This document shows, in pieces, positions 41,535 to 52,730 of a stretch of 64,000 nt of DNA. The DNA comes from Chthoniobacterales bacterium (GTDB taxonomy: Bacteria > Verrucomicrobiota > Verrucomicrobiia > Chthoniobacterales > Chthoniobacteraceae): contig JBBQZX010000009.1 of assembly GCA_038207335.1 (NCBI GenBank), positions 103,174-167,173 on the forward strand. The letters run 5' to 3'. The notes under the pieces were generated by a model. The model was not told the origin of the DNA. It made no database searches and saw nothing but the letters and a program-made list of their open reading frames with translations. The translations under genes were made by a program, and so were the position numbers. The stretch's first letter is position 1. Each line of letters opens with the position of its first letter.

Positions 41535-44500
41535 CTACTTGAGCGTCATCAGGTAGGCGAAGAGGTCGCTGACCTGCTGCGGCTGCATCGTGTCGAGCAG
41601 GCCCTCGGGCATGATCGAGCGGCGGAGGAATTTGCTCGCGCGGATGTCGCGTTTTTCGATGCGCCGGTCCGCTGCGCCGGGCGCGCGGAGGACGACGGCG
41701 TCCTTGTCGTCGCTCACGAAAAACCCCTCCGCGAGGTCGCCGCTTTTCAGCTCCACGCGGAAAAGGTGGTAGCCGTTTTCCATCGCCGCATTTGGCGTGA
41801 TGATGTTGCGCAGCAGTCCCTCGACGCCCATCGCGCCGGCACCGGAGAGATTCGGCGCGAGGTTGCCGCCTTGCCCCTGGATGAGGTGACACGCCTGGCA
41901 AAGCTGCGTGACTGCTTTGCCTCGCGCGGCGTCGCCGGGCTGGCCCGCAAGCGCGCGATATTTCGCAAATTTAGCGTCGAGCTGCGTCGCTTCGTCCGAC
42001 GTCAGGATCGGGGGAAAATCGCTCGTCTTCGCGATCTTCGCGCCGCCTTGCACCTTGCCCCACGGCCCCGCGCCGGGCGCGTAAAAGACGAGGCCCGGCG
42101 GTTTCGCCTGACCGTCGTAACTGCGGTCGAAGTCGTTGCGGATCTCATCCGCCGAGCGCACGCGATTCCAGATGCGGAATTCGCTGAGAGCGCCCGCCGT
42201 TCCTTTGCCGGGACCGTTTCCGCCGATGCGCACGTTCTCGAACTTTTGCGGCGCCAGCTTCGACTGTTCCTGATCGAGCGAGCCGTCCTGATAGATTTTG
42301 AACGCCCCCTTTTCATCCCGCGTCACCGCGATGTGCGTCCAGATTCCAGGCACCATCGGCTTCTTCGCGACGAGCATGTCGCCGCTACCGTCCCACACGC
42401 GGAAGAGCGCGTTGTAAAAGTTCATCGAGAGCTTTCCGGGGACGCCGAGGATCGCGTCGTCGTTGCCGATCGGGCGACCTTTCGGATCGAGCAGCACCCA
42501 TGTCTCCACGGTGAATGGGCCGTCGAGCGTGACGCCGGTTTCGGTCCACGCGTTCCTGCCGCCGTCGAGCGTGAGGACGGGGCGGAAGAGCGCGCCGAGT
42601 TCGTTCGTGAGCTTTGCGAGTGCCGGATCGTCGCCGACCACAGCCTGCAATTTGTCGAGGGTCGAGCCGTCGAGATCGGTTTTCGCGATCGTGCCCGCGG
42701 TGAGCGCGGCGAGGACGGTTTGCGCGCCGGGTTTCGTGGTCGTCAGGCGGTCGATCGAATCGCGGCGCTGCGCGGGCGAAAGTTCCGGCCACAAGGCCAG
42801 CACTTGCTTCCCAGCCCGGTCGCTCTTTGCGGAAGCCAGTGCATTGAGCGCTTCGTCGCGCACCAGTGGGTCTTTGGACTCGTGGAGAAGTCGTACGAAA
42901 AAGTCCGTCTGCGCGCTGCCGATCTCGCGCAACGCGCGGAGCGCAGCGAGCTTTCCCCCTCCCTGCGCGAGCCTCAGCAGCGCCGACTCGGCGCTTGCGA
43001 TTTTGAAGTCGGACGCAATCTTCACCCCGAGCTCGACACTCGCCGGCTCCGGGCTCGCGAGCAGCTTCGCAGCAGCATCCGCGAGCAGCGGCATGAGCTT
43101 CGTGGCATCGAGCCGGGTGCGCGTCGCGAGCAGCGATTCGAGCGCGGCGTTGCGCGTTGCGGGATTTTCGAGCGTCGCCTTGAGCGCCTCGCCGACGCCC
43201 GGCTCATCGAGAAATTCCGCAAGCCGCAACACTTCTTCCTGTCCCGGGGGTCGCGTCAATTTCGGCAAAAGCTGCGCGACCCGCGCCGCACTAACTTTCG
43301 GCTCCAGCGCGAGCGAAGCGAGGAGCAACGCCTCGGTCGTTGGCTTCCTCGCTGCATCAGAAGCGTCGAATGTTTTCGCAGCATCAGAAAGGAAGTAGGT
43401 AACGCCGTTTGCTGCCTCTTTACGATCCCGTTCACCGAGAGTTTGGTTTGTTGAGAAATCGAGAAATTTCGCGACGGCGTCCGGGCGCCGTTCGAGGATG
43501 AATCGTACGACGTAGCGCTCGAATTCGCGGTCATACGCTGCACCAATTTTGATCGTTTTCTTGTTTTGTGTGGATGGGGCGGTCGGCGCGTTGAGCGATG
43601 GTTGAATCATCGAGAGCAAAAAACCGATTCCATAAAACAAGCTCGTCTCCACGCTTTCCGTTGCCTCCTTTCGAATGCGAGCGCCCACGGTGCGGATCAA
43701 CTGTGCACGCACTTCCGGGTCCGTCTCCGCCAGCAGCAACGAGAGTTCCTGAGCTTCCTCGACAGCTAGATACGTCCCTGCCGCGCCTTGATCCATGCGC
43801 ACGAGTTCGCGTCTCACGTTGCGATTGGGATCCTTTGCCAGATCCGGAAAGTCCATGATCCAGATGTTGTCGTGCTCGAGTCCTTCCAGTGCCCAGAGTG
43901 CTTGAATTCGACGGGAGGCGCTTTGCGTCTTGTCGTGGATGACAGATGAAATCCTGTCTTGGAAATTGTCTTTTTGCAGGTCTTCGGCGCGATCTCCAAT
44001 CGCCTGCCACGCGAGGTGGCTTTGCGTCAGGGACTCCCCGCCGAGTTTGGCCAGCAGTTGATCTCCGGTCGCTTTCGTAAAATCCTCCATCACGAACGGC
44101 GTCTGGTCTTTGTGCTTCACGCGCCAGATGCGGCCGCGGGTTTTATCCCGGTCGGGATGGTTCCGAGGGACCTCGTTGTGCGAGATGATTTTGTTGTACC
44201 AATCGACGATGTAGAGGCAGCCGTCGGGGCCGAAATGGATCGAGACGGGGCGGAACATTTCGTCGCTGGAACGGATGAAGTCGCCGAGCAAGCGGTAGCT
44301 GAAACGCGGGCCGTCGGGCGTGATTTTGATCGCCTGGATTTTCCGCGTAATCGGATTCGCGACGAACATCACGTCGGCATACGCCTCGGGCCACGCGCCT
44401 TTTTTATCTGAAAGTGCGAGGCCGCTGAGGCCCGTGCCGCCCATTTTGAACTCGGGCGCGGTGCCCGGAAACTCGGGCGCGTAACTTTTCCACTGCCGTT

Positions 44501-45914
44501 CGGAGCAGCCCGGATAATTCGCGTATTCGTGAAACGGCATAACGGGGTAGCCGTAGTCGTTCGCCTCCTGAATCCACGCCTGCCCCTCGCCGTCGAGCAC
44601 GAGTCCCCAGATGTTGCACGGGCCCTGGCTCGTGATCTCGAAGTCCGCGCCGTCTGGCCGGAATTTTGCCATCCGCGTCTGGTCGAATTTCGTCTCGACG
44701 CCGGTCGTCGTTTTGACCGTGCCGTAATTGAAAGCGCCCTGCGCCACCCAGATCCAGCCGCCAGGCGCGCGCGTGAACTGGTGCGGAAAGAGATGCGAAT
44801 CCTGCACGCCAAAGCCGCTCAGGATGACCTCCGTTTTGTCCGCCTTACCGTCGCCGTCCGTGTCGTGGAGCAGCTCGATATTCGGCCCGTGTTGCACGTA
44901 GCAGCCATCTTTGTAAGGCAGGATGCCCTCGGGAATCGCGAGGCCATCCGCGAAAATGCGGGGCTTCTGCACCCCCGGCGCGAATGGCGTGTCGAAGACG
45001 AGCACTTTGTCCCGGCCCGGATTTTCGTAAAGCGCCTTTGCTTGCGCTGCGTTTTCATTTCCATCGACCGGATATTCCAGCGCCGTCATCGACCACATGC
45101 GCCCGCGCTGATCCCAATCGACCGTGATGAATTTCCCGATACCCGGCTCCTCTTTCGCCACGAGTTCGATCTCGAATCCCGGCGGCAGCGAGAAGGTCGG
45201 CAGCTCCTCCTCCGCCGTGAGCGGCGAGGCGTGCGGGGGTTTCGGCGGCTCGGGCGCGACGACGAATTTCGGGCGTTCCGGCAGCTCCTCGATCGTCAGG
45301 TCTTTCGCCTGCGCAACGGTCTTCCCGCCGCCGTGGATTTGCAGCCCGAATTTCCCCGTGAGCGGGATCGCCGGGTCGCTCTCGGTAAAGTCCACCGCGT
45401 GGACGCCATTGATCCAAGTCGTGATGCGCGGCCCATCCGCGCGGATGATGTATTCGTTCCAGTCGCCGCGCTTCAGCACGGGCTCAATCGCCGCCATGTC
45501 GGACTGCGCGAGGAGTTTGTTGCGGCGCGATTCGTCATACACGCAGCCGTACCAGCTCGGATCGCCCCAGTCGCATTGGTAGCCGGCCATCTCGGGATTA
45601 TTCGGCACGCGCTGGCTGCGGATTTGGAAGCCGCTGTTCACAAAACCGTCCGTGCCCGTGAGCTTGATTTTCATCCGCACGATGAAATTCCCGTAGTCCT
45701 TCACGCTCGCGAGGAAGTCATTGTGCGGCACCTTTTCGCCCGCCGTGCCACCGGTCAGGCATCCATCCTCGACGCGCCAGAATTTTGGATCGCCCTCCCA
45801 GCCCGCGAGCGTCTTTCCGTCGAAAAGCGGCGTCGTCTTTCCAATCGCGGGCGGCGGCTCCGCGCGGAGGATCGTGAGTGTAAGCAGCAGTGCGAGGAGG
45901 ATCGGAAGTTTCAT
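41535..45914 (-). CDS. PVC-type heme-binding CxxCH protein (DUF1080 + membrane-bound dehydrogenase-like propeller + HEAT + LamG + cytochrome c)
   Basis: Start re-called at MKLPILL (45914). LFDGKTLAGW…NSGFQIRS…GKFGLQIHGG; FSLPPGFEIELVA; FRPVSIHFGPDGCLYIVDWYN; FTVETWV…WTHIAVTRD…EFRIWN; CQACH…SIMPEGL. Confidence 0.9.
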   Translation of the reverse strand: MKLPILLALLLTLTILRAEPPPAIGKTTPLFDGKTLAGWEGDPKFWRVEDGCLTGGTAGEKVPHNDFLASVKDYGNFIVRMKIKLTGTDGFVNSGFQIRSQRVPNNPEMAGYQCDWGDPSWYGCVYDESRRNKLLAQSDMAAIEPVLKRGDWNEYIIRADGPRITTWINGVHAVDFTESDPAIPLTGKFGLQIHGGGKTVAQAKDLTIEELPERPKFVVAPEPPKPPHASPLTAEEELPTFSLPPGFEIELVAKEEPGIGKFITVDWDQRGRMWSMTALEYPVDGNENAAQAKALYENPGRDKVLVFDTPFAPGVQKPRIFADGLAIPEGILPYKDGCYVQHGPNIELLHDTDGDGKADKTEVILSGFGVQDSHLFPHQFTRAPGGWIWVAQGAFNYGTVKTTTGVETKFDQTRMAKFRPDGADFEITSQGPCNIWGLVLDGEGQAWIQEANDYGYPVMPFHEYANYPGCSERQWKSYAPEFPGTAPEFKMGGTGLSGLALSDKKGAWPEAYADVMFVANPITRKIQAIKITPDGPRFSYRLLGDFIRSSDEMFRPVSIHFGPDGCLYIVDWYNKIISHNEVPRNHPDRDKTRGRIWRVKHKDQTPFVMEDFTKATGDQLLAKLGGESLTQSHLAWQAIGDRAEDLQKDNFQDRISSVIHDKTQSASRRIQALWALEGLEHDNIWIMDFPDLAKDPNRNVRRELVRMDQGAAGTYLAVEEAQELSLLLAETDPEVRAQLIRTVGARIRKEATESVETSLFYGIGFLLSMIQPSLNAPTAPSTQNKKTIKIGAAYDREFERYVVRFILERRPDAVAKFLDFSTNQTLGERDRKEAANGVTYFLSDAAKTFDASDAARKPTTEALLLASLALEPKVSAARVAQLLPKLTRPPGQEEVLRLAEFLDEPGVGEALKATLENPATRNAALESLLATRTRLDATKLMPLLADAAAKLLASPEPASVELGVKIASDFKIASAESALLRLAQGGGKLAALRALREIGSAQTDFFVRLLHESKDPLVRDEALNALASAKSDRAGKQVLALWPELSPAQRRDSIDRLTTTKPGAQTVLAALTAGTIAKTDLDGSTLDKLQAVVGDDPALAKLTNELGALFRPVLTLDGGRNAWTETGVTLDGPFTVETWVLLDPKGRPIGNDDAILGVPGKLSMNFYNALFRVWDGSGDMLVAKKPMVPGIWTHIAVTRDEKGAFKIYQDGSLDQEQSKLAPQKFENVRIGGNGPGKGTAGALSEFRIWNRVRSADEIRNDFDRSYDGQAKPPGLVFYAPGAGPWGKVQGGAKIAKTSDFPPILTSDEATQLDAKFAKYRALAGQPGDAARGKAVTQLCQACHLIQGQGGNLAPNLSGAGAMGVEGLLRNIITPNAAMENGYHLFRVELKSGDLAEGFFVSDDKDAVVLRAPGAADRRIEKRDIRASKFLRRSIMPEGLLDTMQPQQVSDLFAYLMTLK

Positions 45915-46128
45915 GGATGGGGCAGGGGATTTGTCGTGCGAGGGCTGAGTCGAAAAGTATCCGAAAAGCACGCAAGTCTTAGCGAGAGCGTTGCAGCCGG
46001 GATGGTTGAACCCGGCAGGGTATGAGTTGCTGATTACGCTGTCCTCGCAACGGCTACAACTTTCCGCTTCCCACATCGAAAGTCGCGCCTATAGTGCCCG
46101 CCCGTTCGCAGCCACCAGTCCCATTTTT

Positions 46129-46284
46129 ATGTCGCAACATCGCAGTCTCAAAGGTTCCAGCACCATCGCCGCCAAGCGCAACGTCTTGAAGCGCTTCGAG
46201 CGTGTCGAACTCCTCAAAAAGCGTGGTCAATTCAAGCCCGGTGACAAAGTCATCGGCCTCAAAAAGACCAAGCCGGACGAGTAG
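46129..46284 (+). CDS. PVC superphylum small basic protein
   Basis: MSQHRSLK…KRNVLKRFERVELLKKRG…VIGLKKTK, 51 aa, highly basic. Confidence 0.9.
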   Translation: MSQHRSLKGSSTIAAKRNVLKRFERVELLKKRGQFKPGDKVIGLKKTKPDE

Positions 46285-46317
46285 CCTTGCCGGCGGTATC
46301 CCGCCGCAGCGCAAACC

Positions 46318-46356
46318 GAAAACCGCCGCGCCCACTTCAGGGCCCGGCGGTTTTGC
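46318..46356 (+). terminator. Probable intrinsic terminator
   Basis: aaaaccgccg…cggcggtttt inverted repeat just after the small basic protein gene. Confidence 0.6.
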
Positions 46357-46461
46357 TTTGCCCTGAGGATGCGAGCGCCCCGCCCGCAATGCGCAAGCTG
46401 CTCGGGCGAATTTCCTTTCCCCGCGCCGCATCGTGTTGTTTCTCACTCCGCTCCGCGATTC

Positions 46462-47439
46462 ATGAAAAAAGCACTCATCACCGGCATCACCGGCCAGGAC
46501 GGCTCGTATCTCGCCGATCTCCTCCTCGCAAAAGGCTACGAAGTCCACGGCATCATCCGCCGCGCGAGCACCTTCAACACGTCGCGCATCGATCACCTTT
46601 ACACCGACCCGCACGTCAATGGCGTCCACCTATTCCTCCACTACGGCGACCTCGCCGACGCGCTGAATCTCACGCGCCTCATCGACCGCATCGGGCCGGA
46701 CGAAATCTACCATCTCGGCGCGCAGAGCCATGTCCGCGTCAGCTACGACATCCCGGAATACACCGGCGACGTCACCGGGCTTGGCACGATCCGCATCCTC
46801 GAGGCGATCCGCGAGGCAAAGGTGCCCGCGCGATTTTATCAGGCCAGTTCAAGCGAGATGTTTGGAAAAGTGCAGGCCGTGCCGCAGGTCGAGACCACGC
46901 CATTTTGGCCGCGCAGTCCGTATGCAGTGGCAAAAGTGTATGCCTATTGGGCGACCGTGAACTACCGCGAGAGCTACGGCATGCACGCCAGCAACGGCAT
47001 CCTTTTCAACCACGAGAGCCCTCGCCGCGGTGAGACCTTCGTCACGCGGAAAATCACACGCGCCGTCGCAGCGATCAAGAATGGCACGCAAAAAGACCTC
47101 TACCTCGGCAATCTCGATGCGAAGCGGGATTGGGGCTATGCACCCGAGTATGTCGAAGGCATGTGGCGCATGCTGCAGCAGGACACGCCCGAGGACTACG
47201 TGCTAGCCACAAACGAGACACACACCGTTCGCGAGTTTGTCGTCGAGGCGTTCCGGCACGCCGGGCTCGATTGGGAGAAATTCGTGAAATACGACCCGCG
47301 CTACGAGCGCCCCGCGGAAGTCGATCTCCTCATCGGCGACCCGGCAAAAGCTAAGGAGAAACTCGGCTGGGTGCCCGAGACAAAGTTCAGCGAACTGGTC
47401 CGCATCATGGTCGAGGCGGACATCGCGGCGCTCGGTTAG
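46462..47439 (+). CDS. gmd: GDP-mannose 4,6-dehydratase
   Basis: [56 protein letters not shown]. Confidence 0.98.
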   Translation: MKKALITGITGQDGSYLADLLLAKGYEVHGIIRRASTFNTSRIDHLYTDPHVNGVHLFLHYGDLADALNLTRLIDRIGPDEIYHLGAQSHVRVSYDIPEYTGDVTGLGTIRILEAIREAKVPARFYQASSSEMFGKVQAVPQVETTPFWPRSPYAVAKVYAYWATVNYRESYGMHASNGILFNHESPRRGETFVTRKITRAVAAIKNGTQKDLYLGNLDAKRDWGYAPEYVEGMWRMLQQDTPEDYVLATNETHTVREFVVEAFRHAGLDWEKFVKYDPRYERPAEVDLLIGDPAKAKEKLGWVPETKFSELVRIMVEADIAALG

Positions 47440-47546
47440 CGCCATCGCGTCCATTCGGTCCATCCCGTCGGTCTCATCGATCGACGCCGCAACGTCGCGT
47501 ACATCTGCCATTGACATTGATACGCCGCCGTACGATCAATGCCCCT

Positions 47547-47567
47547 GACTGTTAGGTGCCTTATCAA
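47547..47567. promoter_or_regulatory. Candidate MarR operator (imperfect palindrome) with TTGACA at 47511 upstream
   Basis: gttagg-tg-ccttat just before the ATG; no well-spaced -10 box found. Confidence 0.35.
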
Positions 47568-47570
47568 AAA

Positions 47571-48107
47571 ATGCCGCTACTTCTGCTCAAAGATCTTCCG
47601 CGTTTCGAGTGCCTCCTCCGCGCCGCGGAGCGCTACCCGACGCTGGACCCCGCGGCCTCGGAAGCCTTTCTGCACCTGCTCCGGACGGGTGATGCGGTGT
47701 ATGCAAAGGAGAGCGATTTTCTCGGCCAGCACGCCATCAGCCAGGGCCGGTTCACCGTCCTCATGTTGCTGAACCGCACCGAGGACGGCTGCTCCACGCC
47801 CGCCGAACTCGCCGAAAAAGTAGGCGTGGCGCGTGCCACCATGACCGGCCTGCTCGACACATTGGAAAAGGACGGCGTCATCACGCGCGGCGACGATGCG
47901 CAAGACCGGCGCACCGTCCCGGTCCGCCTCACTGTCGCCGGTCGCAAACTGCTGGAAAAAATGCTCCCCGATTACTTTGCATGCGTCGCCGGAATCATGG
48001 AGCCGCTCAACGCCGCCGAGCGCCGCCAGCTCGTCCGCCTTCTCCAAAAAATCCAACGCGGGCTTCTCGCCGAAGAACCCGCTGACCTCGCCACCGCAAC
48101 CGGTTAA
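47571..48107 (+). CDS. MarR family regulator
   Basis: ISQGRFTVLMLL…TPAELAEKVGVARATMTGLLDTLEKDG…DRR…LT. Confidence 0.92.
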   Translation: MPLLLLKDLPRFECLLRAAERYPTLDPAASEAFLHLLRTGDAVYAKESDFLGQHAISQGRFTVLMLLNRTEDGCSTPAELAEKVGVARATMTGLLDTLEKDGVITRGDDAQDRRTVPVRLTVAGRKLLEKMLPDYFACVAGIMEPLNAAERRQLVRLLQKIQRGLLAEEPADLATATG

Positions 48108-48122
48108 TCCGCTCTTAAATTT

Positions 48123-49241
48123 ATGTTCAAACGCATGTCGGTCATGATCCTCCTCGCGCTCCTGTTCATCGGGGGGATCGCCTTTTGGAAATACAAAACG
48201 ATCCGCGCGGGAATGGCGATGGGTGCCAAATTCGCCCCGCCTCCCACCGCCGTCACGACCGTCGAAGTCAAAGCGCAAACGTGGCAGCCTGTCCTCAGCG
48301 CGGTCGGCTCGATGAAGGCCGTCAACGGCGTCATGGTCAGCACCGACATGGCCGGGATCGTGGCCGAAGTTGCCTTTGAATCCGGCACGCCGGTCAAAAA
48401 AGGCACGATGCTCGTGAAGCTCGATACCGACGAGGAGGCCGCGCAACTCGCCTCTTCCCAAGCCAAGCTCGCGCTCGCGAAAACCGACCTCGAACGGAAG
48501 CGCGACCTCGTCACGAAGAAGGCGATTGCGCAGTCCGATCTCGACTCCGCGGAGAGCATGTTGAAGCAGATGGACGCGCAGGTCGCCGAGATGAAAGCCG
48601 TCGTCGCGCGCAAGCAGATCGTCGCGCCATTCGACGGCATGGTAGGCATTCGACAAGTCAATGTGGGACAGTATTTGCAGCCCGGCTCGTCTATCGCGCC
48701 GTTGCAATCGATGGACCCGATTTACGTCGAGTTCGCGCTCCCGCAGCAGCACCTCCTCGAGATCGCGCTCGGCAAAAAACTTCGCCTCACAGTCGCAGGC
48801 GAAAAGTTCGATGGCGAGGTTACGGCGATCGACTCCCGCGTCGACGAAAGCACTCGCAACATCACGATCCAGGGCACGGTCAAAAACCCTGCCAACAAGC
48901 TCCGCCCCGGCATGTTCGTCGATGTCGATGTCCTCCTGCCCGAGACCGACGGCGTGCTCGCGATCCCGTCTTCCTCCATCGCCTACGCGCCTTACGGCGA
49001 TTCCGTCTATGTCGTGAAAGAGGCGACCGGCGCGGATGGGAAAACCGGCAAGGAAGTCGAGCAGCGCTTCGTGAAACTCGGCTCGAAGCGCGGCGATCAG
49101 GTCGCCGTTTTGACCGGTGTGAAAGCGGGCGACGAGATCGTCTCCGCCGGCGTCTTCCGCCTCCACGCGGGTTCCCCCGTGCAGGTTAACAACGACGTGC
49201 AGCCCGGCAACGAACTCCATCCGAAGCCCGAGGACAGTTGA
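48123..49241 (+). CDS. RND efflux periplasmic adaptor subunit
   Basis: N-terminal TM; GIVAEVAFESGTPVKKG, IVAPFDGMVGIR, LRPGMF. Confidence 0.95.
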   Translation: MFKRMSVMILLALLFIGGIAFWKYKTIRAGMAMGAKFAPPPTAVTTVEVKAQTWQPVLSAVGSMKAVNGVMVSTDMAGIVAEVAFESGTPVKKGTMLVKLDTDEEAAQLASSQAKLALAKTDLERKRDLVTKKAIAQSDLDSAESMLKQMDAQVAEMKAVVARKQIVAPFDGMVGIRQVNVGQYLQPGSSIAPLQSMDPIYVEFALPQQHLLEIALGKKLRLTVAGEKFDGEVTAIDSRVDESTRNITIQGTVKNPANKLRPGMFVDVDVLLPETDGVLAIPSSSIAYAPYGDSVYVVKEATGADGKTGKEVEQRFVKLGSKRGDQVAVLTGVKAGDEIVSAGVFRLHAGSPVQVNNDVQPGNELHPKPEDS

Positions 49242-49260
49242 TCCGCGAGCAATCACCCGC

Positions 49261-52200
49261 ATGAAATTTACCGACTTCTTCATCCGCCGACCGGTCTTCG
49301 CGACCGTCGTCAGCCTCATCATTTTGCTTGCCGGCTTGCAGTCCATCAAGTCGCTCAACCTCCGCCAGTATCCGCGCAGCGACATCGCCGTCGTCAACGT
49401 CAAAACGCGCTACGTCGGCGCGAACGCCGACCTCGTCCGCGGCTTCGTCACCACCCCGCTCGAGCGCGTCATCGCGAGCGCCGACGGCATCGACTACATC
49501 GACTCATCCAGCTCGCAGTCGCTGAGCATCATCACCGTCCACCTCAAGCTCAACTACGACACCAACGCCGCGCTCACGCAGATTCAGGCAAAGATCGCGC
49601 AAGTCCGAAACACGCTCCCGCCCGAGGCCGAGGCGCCCGAGATCGAACTCACGATGAGCGACACGCAGTTCGCGCAAATGTACATTTCATTTGCCTCCGA
49701 CGACCTCTCGCCGAGTCAGGTCACCGACTACCTCACGCGCGTCGTGCAGCCGAAGCTCACCGCTGTCAGCGGCGTGCAAAAAGCCGACATCCTCGGCGCG
49801 CGCACCTTTGCCATGCGCGTCTGGCTGAAGCCCGATCGCATGGCCGCGCTCAATATTTCTCCGAGCCAAGTCCGCCAGGCGCTCGCGTCCAACAACTACC
49901 TCTCCGCCCTCGGCATGACGAAAGGCTCGATGATTACCATCAACCTCGTCGCCAACACCGACCTCCGCACCGCCGACGAATTCCGCGAACTCGTCGTCCG
50001 CGAGCAAAACGGCGCAATCATTCGCCTCAAGGACATCGCCGACGTCGAACTCGGTGCGGAGGACACCGACATGGACGTCCGCTTTTCCGGCCAAAAAGCG
50101 ACCTTCATCGGCATCTGGCCGCTGCCCACGGCGAACTCCCTCGACGTAATGAAAGCCATTCGCGCCGACCTGCCGGACATCGAGAAGCAGATGCCCGCCG
50201 GCATGAAAGTCGGCGTCCCGTACGACGCCACAAAATACATCCAGGACGCGCTGAACGAAGTCATCCACACGCTCGTCGAGACGCTGCTCATCGTCGTCGT
50301 GGTCATCTTCCTTTTCCTCGGCTCGCTCCGCGCGGTCATCATTCCCGTCGTCGCGATCCCCATCTCGCTCATCGGCGCGGCGTTCCTGATGCTCGTCTTC
50401 GGCTTCACGATCAATCTCCTCACGCTCCTTGCGATCGTCCTTTCCGTCGGCCTCGTCGTCGATGACGCCATCGTCGTGGTTGAAAATGTGGAGCGCCATT
50501 TGCACGAGGGCCTCAGTCCGATTCGCGCGGCGATCCAGGGCGCGCGCGAACTCGTCGGCCCGATCATCGCGATGACCATCACCCTCGCCGCCGTCTATGC
50601 GCCCATCGGCGTGCAGGGCGGCCTCACCGGCACGCTCTTCCGCGAATTCGCCTTCACGCTCGCCGGCGCGGTCGTCGTTTCCGGCATCGTCGCGCTCACC
50701 CTTTCGCCGATGATGTCCTCGAAACTCCTGCGCGAAGGCGACTCTCACAAAGGCTACGCCGGCTGGATCAACGCGCGTTTCGAGGGCCTGCGAAACGGCT
50801 ACACGCGCACCCTTTCCAACACGCTGAAATGGCGGCCCGTCACGATCACGCTCGCGGTCATCATGATCCTCCTCGTCATTCCGTTCTTCCTCATGACGTC
50901 GAAGGAACTCGCGCCGAAAGAAGACCAAGGAGTCATCCTCGGCATTGTGCAGGCGTCGCCAAACTCCACCATCGAGCAGACCACGAAATACACCGAAATC
51001 GTGAACAGAACGCTCATGTCCTTTCCCGAGGCGAAGCACACGTTCCAGCTCACGCAGCCGTTCATGGGCTTCGGCGGCGTCGGGCTGAAGCCGTGGAGCG
51101 AGCGCAAGCGCACCGTCGAGCAAATCCTCCCCGAGGCCTTCGGAAAACTTGGCGCAATCCCCGGTGTGAAAGTCATCGCCACCGCGCCCGCGCCGCTGCC
51201 GGGCGGCGGACAATTCCCCGTCGAGGTCGTCATCTCCTCGACCGCCGAGCCGCGCGAACTCGTCGATCTCGCCAATCACCTCGTCGAGACCGCGCTGAAA
51301 AGCGGCAAGTTCATCTTTGCCGACACCGACCTGAAATACGATATGCCGCAGTCCGAGATCGTCTTCGATCGGGATAAAGTCGCATCGCTCGGGCTCAATC
51401 TGCAGCAAGTCGGCGCGGACCTCGGCACGATGCTCGGCGGCAATTACGTCAACCGTTTTTCCATCCAAGGCCGCAGCTACAAAGTCATCCCGCAGGTCAA
51501 GCGAGCCGAGCGCCTGAACCCCGAACAGCTCAAGGACCTTTACGTCAGCGGACCCGGCGGAAAACTCGTCCAACTTGCGACATTCGCCTCGATCAAAGAC
51601 AGCGTCCAGCCGCGCCAGCTCAATCGCTTCCAGCAGCTCAACTCCGCGAAAATCCAAGGCGCCACCCCGCCGCACATCACCCTCGATCAGGCATTGAAAG
51701 TCATCGAGGACGAGGCCGCGAAGACGCTGCCGAAAGGCTTCAACATCGACTACGCGGGCGAGGCCCGGCAGCTCCGGGTCGAGGGCAACAAACTCACCGC
51801 GACGCTCGTCCTGTCAGTCATCCTGATCTTCCTCGTCCTCGCCGCGCAGTTCGAGAGCTTCCGCGATCCGTTCATCATCCTTCTCGGCTCCGTCCCGCTG
51901 GCGCTCTGCGGCGCGATGCTCTTCGGCTTCCTCGGCTTCACGACCTTGAACATCTACAGCCAGGTCGGCCTCATCACCCTTGTCGGCCTCATCGCGAAAA
52001 ACGGCATCCTCATCGTCGAATTCGCCAACTCCCTCCAGGAAGCTGGCCGCAGCAAACTCGACGCCGTCATTGAAGCCGCCGGCACCCGCCTGCGTCCGAT
52101 TTTGATGACCAGCGTCGCCACCGTCGCCGGCCATTTCCCGCTCGTCCTCGCGAGCGGCCCCGGCGCCGGCGCGCGCAACAGCATCGGAATCATGCTAGTC

Positions 52201-52347
52201 ACCGGCATGACCATCGGCACCTGCTTCACGCTCTTCGTCCTGCCAGCCATTTACGTCGTTATCGCCCGCGACCACAGCTCCGGCAAACATGACGAGGAGC
52301 CCGACGAAATCCCGCGCGAACTCGAACTCGAGCCAGTCGGCGCATAG
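49261..52347 (+). CDS. RND efflux permease (MexW/MexI-like)
   Basis: MKFTDFFIRRPV, GLVVDDAIVVVEN, GLIAKNGILIVEFA, RLRPILMT; 1028 aa. Confidence 0.97.
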   Translation: MKFTDFFIRRPVFATVVSLIILLAGLQSIKSLNLRQYPRSDIAVVNVKTRYVGANADLVRGFVTTPLERVIASADGIDYIDSSSSQSLSIITVHLKLNYDTNAALTQIQAKIAQVRNTLPPEAEAPEIELTMSDTQFAQMYISFASDDLSPSQVTDYLTRVVQPKLTAVSGVQKADILGARTFAMRVWLKPDRMAALNISPSQVRQALASNNYLSALGMTKGSMITINLVANTDLRTADEFRELVVREQNGAIIRLKDIADVELGAEDTDMDVRFSGQKATFIGIWPLPTANSLDVMKAIRADLPDIEKQMPAGMKVGVPYDATKYIQDALNEVIHTLVETLLIVVVVIFLFLGSLRAVIIPVVAIPISLIGAAFLMLVFGFTINLLTLLAIVLSVGLVVDDAIVVVENVERHLHEGLSPIRAAIQGARELVGPIIAMTITLAAVYAPIGVQGGLTGTLFREFAFTLAGAVVVSGIVALTLSPMMSSKLLREGDSHKGYAGWINARFEGLRNGYTRTLSNTLKWRPVTITLAVIMILLVIPFFLMTSKELAPKEDQGVILGIVQASPNSTIEQTTKYTEIVNRTLMSFPEAKHTFQLTQPFMGFGGVGLKPWSERKRTVEQILPEAFGKLGAIPGVKVIATAPAPLPGGGQFPVEVVISSTAEPRELVDLANHLVETALKSGKFIFADTDLKYDMPQSEIVFDRDKVASLGLNLQQVGADLGTMLGGNYVNRFSIQGRSYKVIPQVKRAERLNPEQLKDLYVSGPGGKLVQLATFASIKDSVQPRQLNRFQQLNSAKIQGATPPHITLDQALKVIEDEAAKTLPKGFNIDYAGEARQLRVEGNKLTATLVLSVILIFLVLAAQFESFRDPFIILLGSVPLALCGAMLFGFLGFTTLNIYSQVGLITLVGLIAKNGILIVEFANSLQEAGRSKLDAVIEAAGTRLRPILMTSVATVAGHFPLVLASGPGAGARNSIGIMLVTGMTIGTCFTLFVLPAIYVVIARDHSSGKHDEEPDEIPRELELEPVGA

Positions 52348-52730
52348 CTGCACCAGAGTTCGCAGAGCTGTTCTTGCTCACTCGGCGGGTGGTTGTCACC
52401 GATTCGACTTCATGAAAACCATCCAGGTCATCGGTGAACTCGCCTCTACGGCCCAGCGAAGTTGCGCGCTTCTCAGCAATGAATGAAGGGTTGCCGGGGA
52501 TTGATGCTCCTGGCGGGGCGGGGTGGAGGCAAAGCGCATACTGCCGGGATCGACGATTCCGGGTCACGTGGGTGCCTGCGCAACATGGACATGCAAATTT
52601 TGCTAAATTGTTTATTCGGTAGCTTGAAAGTGGTGGGTTCGCGGATACGTTCGCGGGCTTTTTCGCCTCCGACTCGCTGCTTCACGCCCTCCCACCGCTG
52701 CACTGCTAATTTTCCGACCTCTCTTCTTTT

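Noticed and set aside
46462..52347. gmd without fcl, and an RND operon without an outer-membrane factor
   Set aside because: Partners are commonly encoded elsewhere; ordinary.
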